A DNA stretch of 64,000 nucleotides from Octopus sinensis. Taxonomy: Eukaryota. The first letter of the stretch is position 1, and the number at the start of each line of letters is the position of its first letter. The stretch spans positions 34,658,001 to 34,722,000 of the forward strand of contig NC_043006.1 of assembly GCF_006345805.1 (NCBI RefSeq), read 5' to 3'. A program made the position numbers and the translations under genes. Below, piece after piece: positions 62,761 through 64,000 of the stretch. Below the pieces are notes generated by a model, which ran no database searches, was not told where the DNA came from, and worked only from the letters and a program-made list of their open reading frames with translations.

Positions 62761-63444
62761 ACACCACATACACACACACACATACACACACACACACACG
62801 CACACGCCACACACACACGGACACACGCGCGGACTCTAAGCTTAGTTAAAATATGTTTGTCAAATATTTCAGCTTCTAAAGGCAAATTCACTGCAGTTTA
62901 CCGTTCTCCCTATTGGTAAAAAGGTATTTAAACACCATCTCTATTCAGCGCTGCACAACCCACATATATATATGTGCGCGTGTGTGTGTGAGAGAGAGAG
63001 AGGGAGAAAGAGAGAGAGAGGTATAACGACAAGAATTGTAGTAACGACGACGACAACGATGACGACGACAACGACAACGATGACGACGACGACGACGACG
63101 ACGGCGACTGCGACACATTGATGCTATCGAAGATGAAGGCATAAACGTTACGATATGTGGACTTTAGAGCCGACCGAGGCTAAAAAGAGGACGATTGACA
63201 CAGATTTGTATATTGATTGATTTCATCAAGAAGTTCTGATAAAGGCCGAGGGAATAGAGCAGCTGAAGTTAGCATATCGCTGGCCATTGCGTTGGTTATA
63301 TAACAAATATTAGAGATAACAATTGAACAATGAGAGAGAGAGAGAGAGAGAGAAAGAGAAAGAAAGAGAGAGACGGAGGGAGAGAGAGAGAGGGAGAGAG
63401 AGAGAGAAAGATAACGATTTTTAACTGACAGAAAATAGCTTGAC

Positions 63445-63780
<336 letters not shown>

Positions 63781-63905
63781 AGCGTAGCTCGGACGGTAGG
63801 TGACGGCGCGGTCCATCTCGGGCAACGCTTTTATGGAGTGGTCCTTTTGAGTCTGCCGAATAAGGCTTGGGGCCCAGACCGGGTACAAAACCAAGGGCTG
63901 ACTCG

Positions 63906-63952
<47 letters not shown>

Positions 63953-64000
63953 ACTTGTTTACGCCACGGCTGTGATTTATTGTCCTTTACGATTTTGTTT

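Overview
Repeat-dense, AT-rich eukaryotic DNA. The mix of tRNA-derived SINE families, RTE LINEs, Penelope remnants and long microsatellites points to a cephalopod, probably Octopus (inference, not verified). Two host genes are supported. (1) The last five coding exons of a UBE3D-like gene on + (2780-10959), which the ORF track misses and I reconstructed from splice sites and reading phase. (2) A RING-less B-box/coiled-coil/NHL (TRIM-NHL-like) gene with its CDS in one exon on + (31003-32670). The rest is mostly mobile DNA: three or four SINE families, RTE, Tx1/L1-like and CR1-like LINE pieces, a Gypsy end, mariner/maT/pogo/hAT/piggyBac MITEs and Helitron-like elements. The most unusual items are: TSD-flanked Penelope elements whose terminal repeat joins a tRNA-like Pol III head to a minimal hammerhead ribozyme; a (TA)n-associated family with a hammerhead-like core fixed as CUGUNGA; ORF1-only (gag-knuckle) retroposons whose 3' tail matches both a Tx1-like LINE and a SINE; and several local fold-back or inverted duplications. 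Most short ORFs in the track are microsatellite or repeat artefacts. Family names come from recalled motifs; no database search was run.
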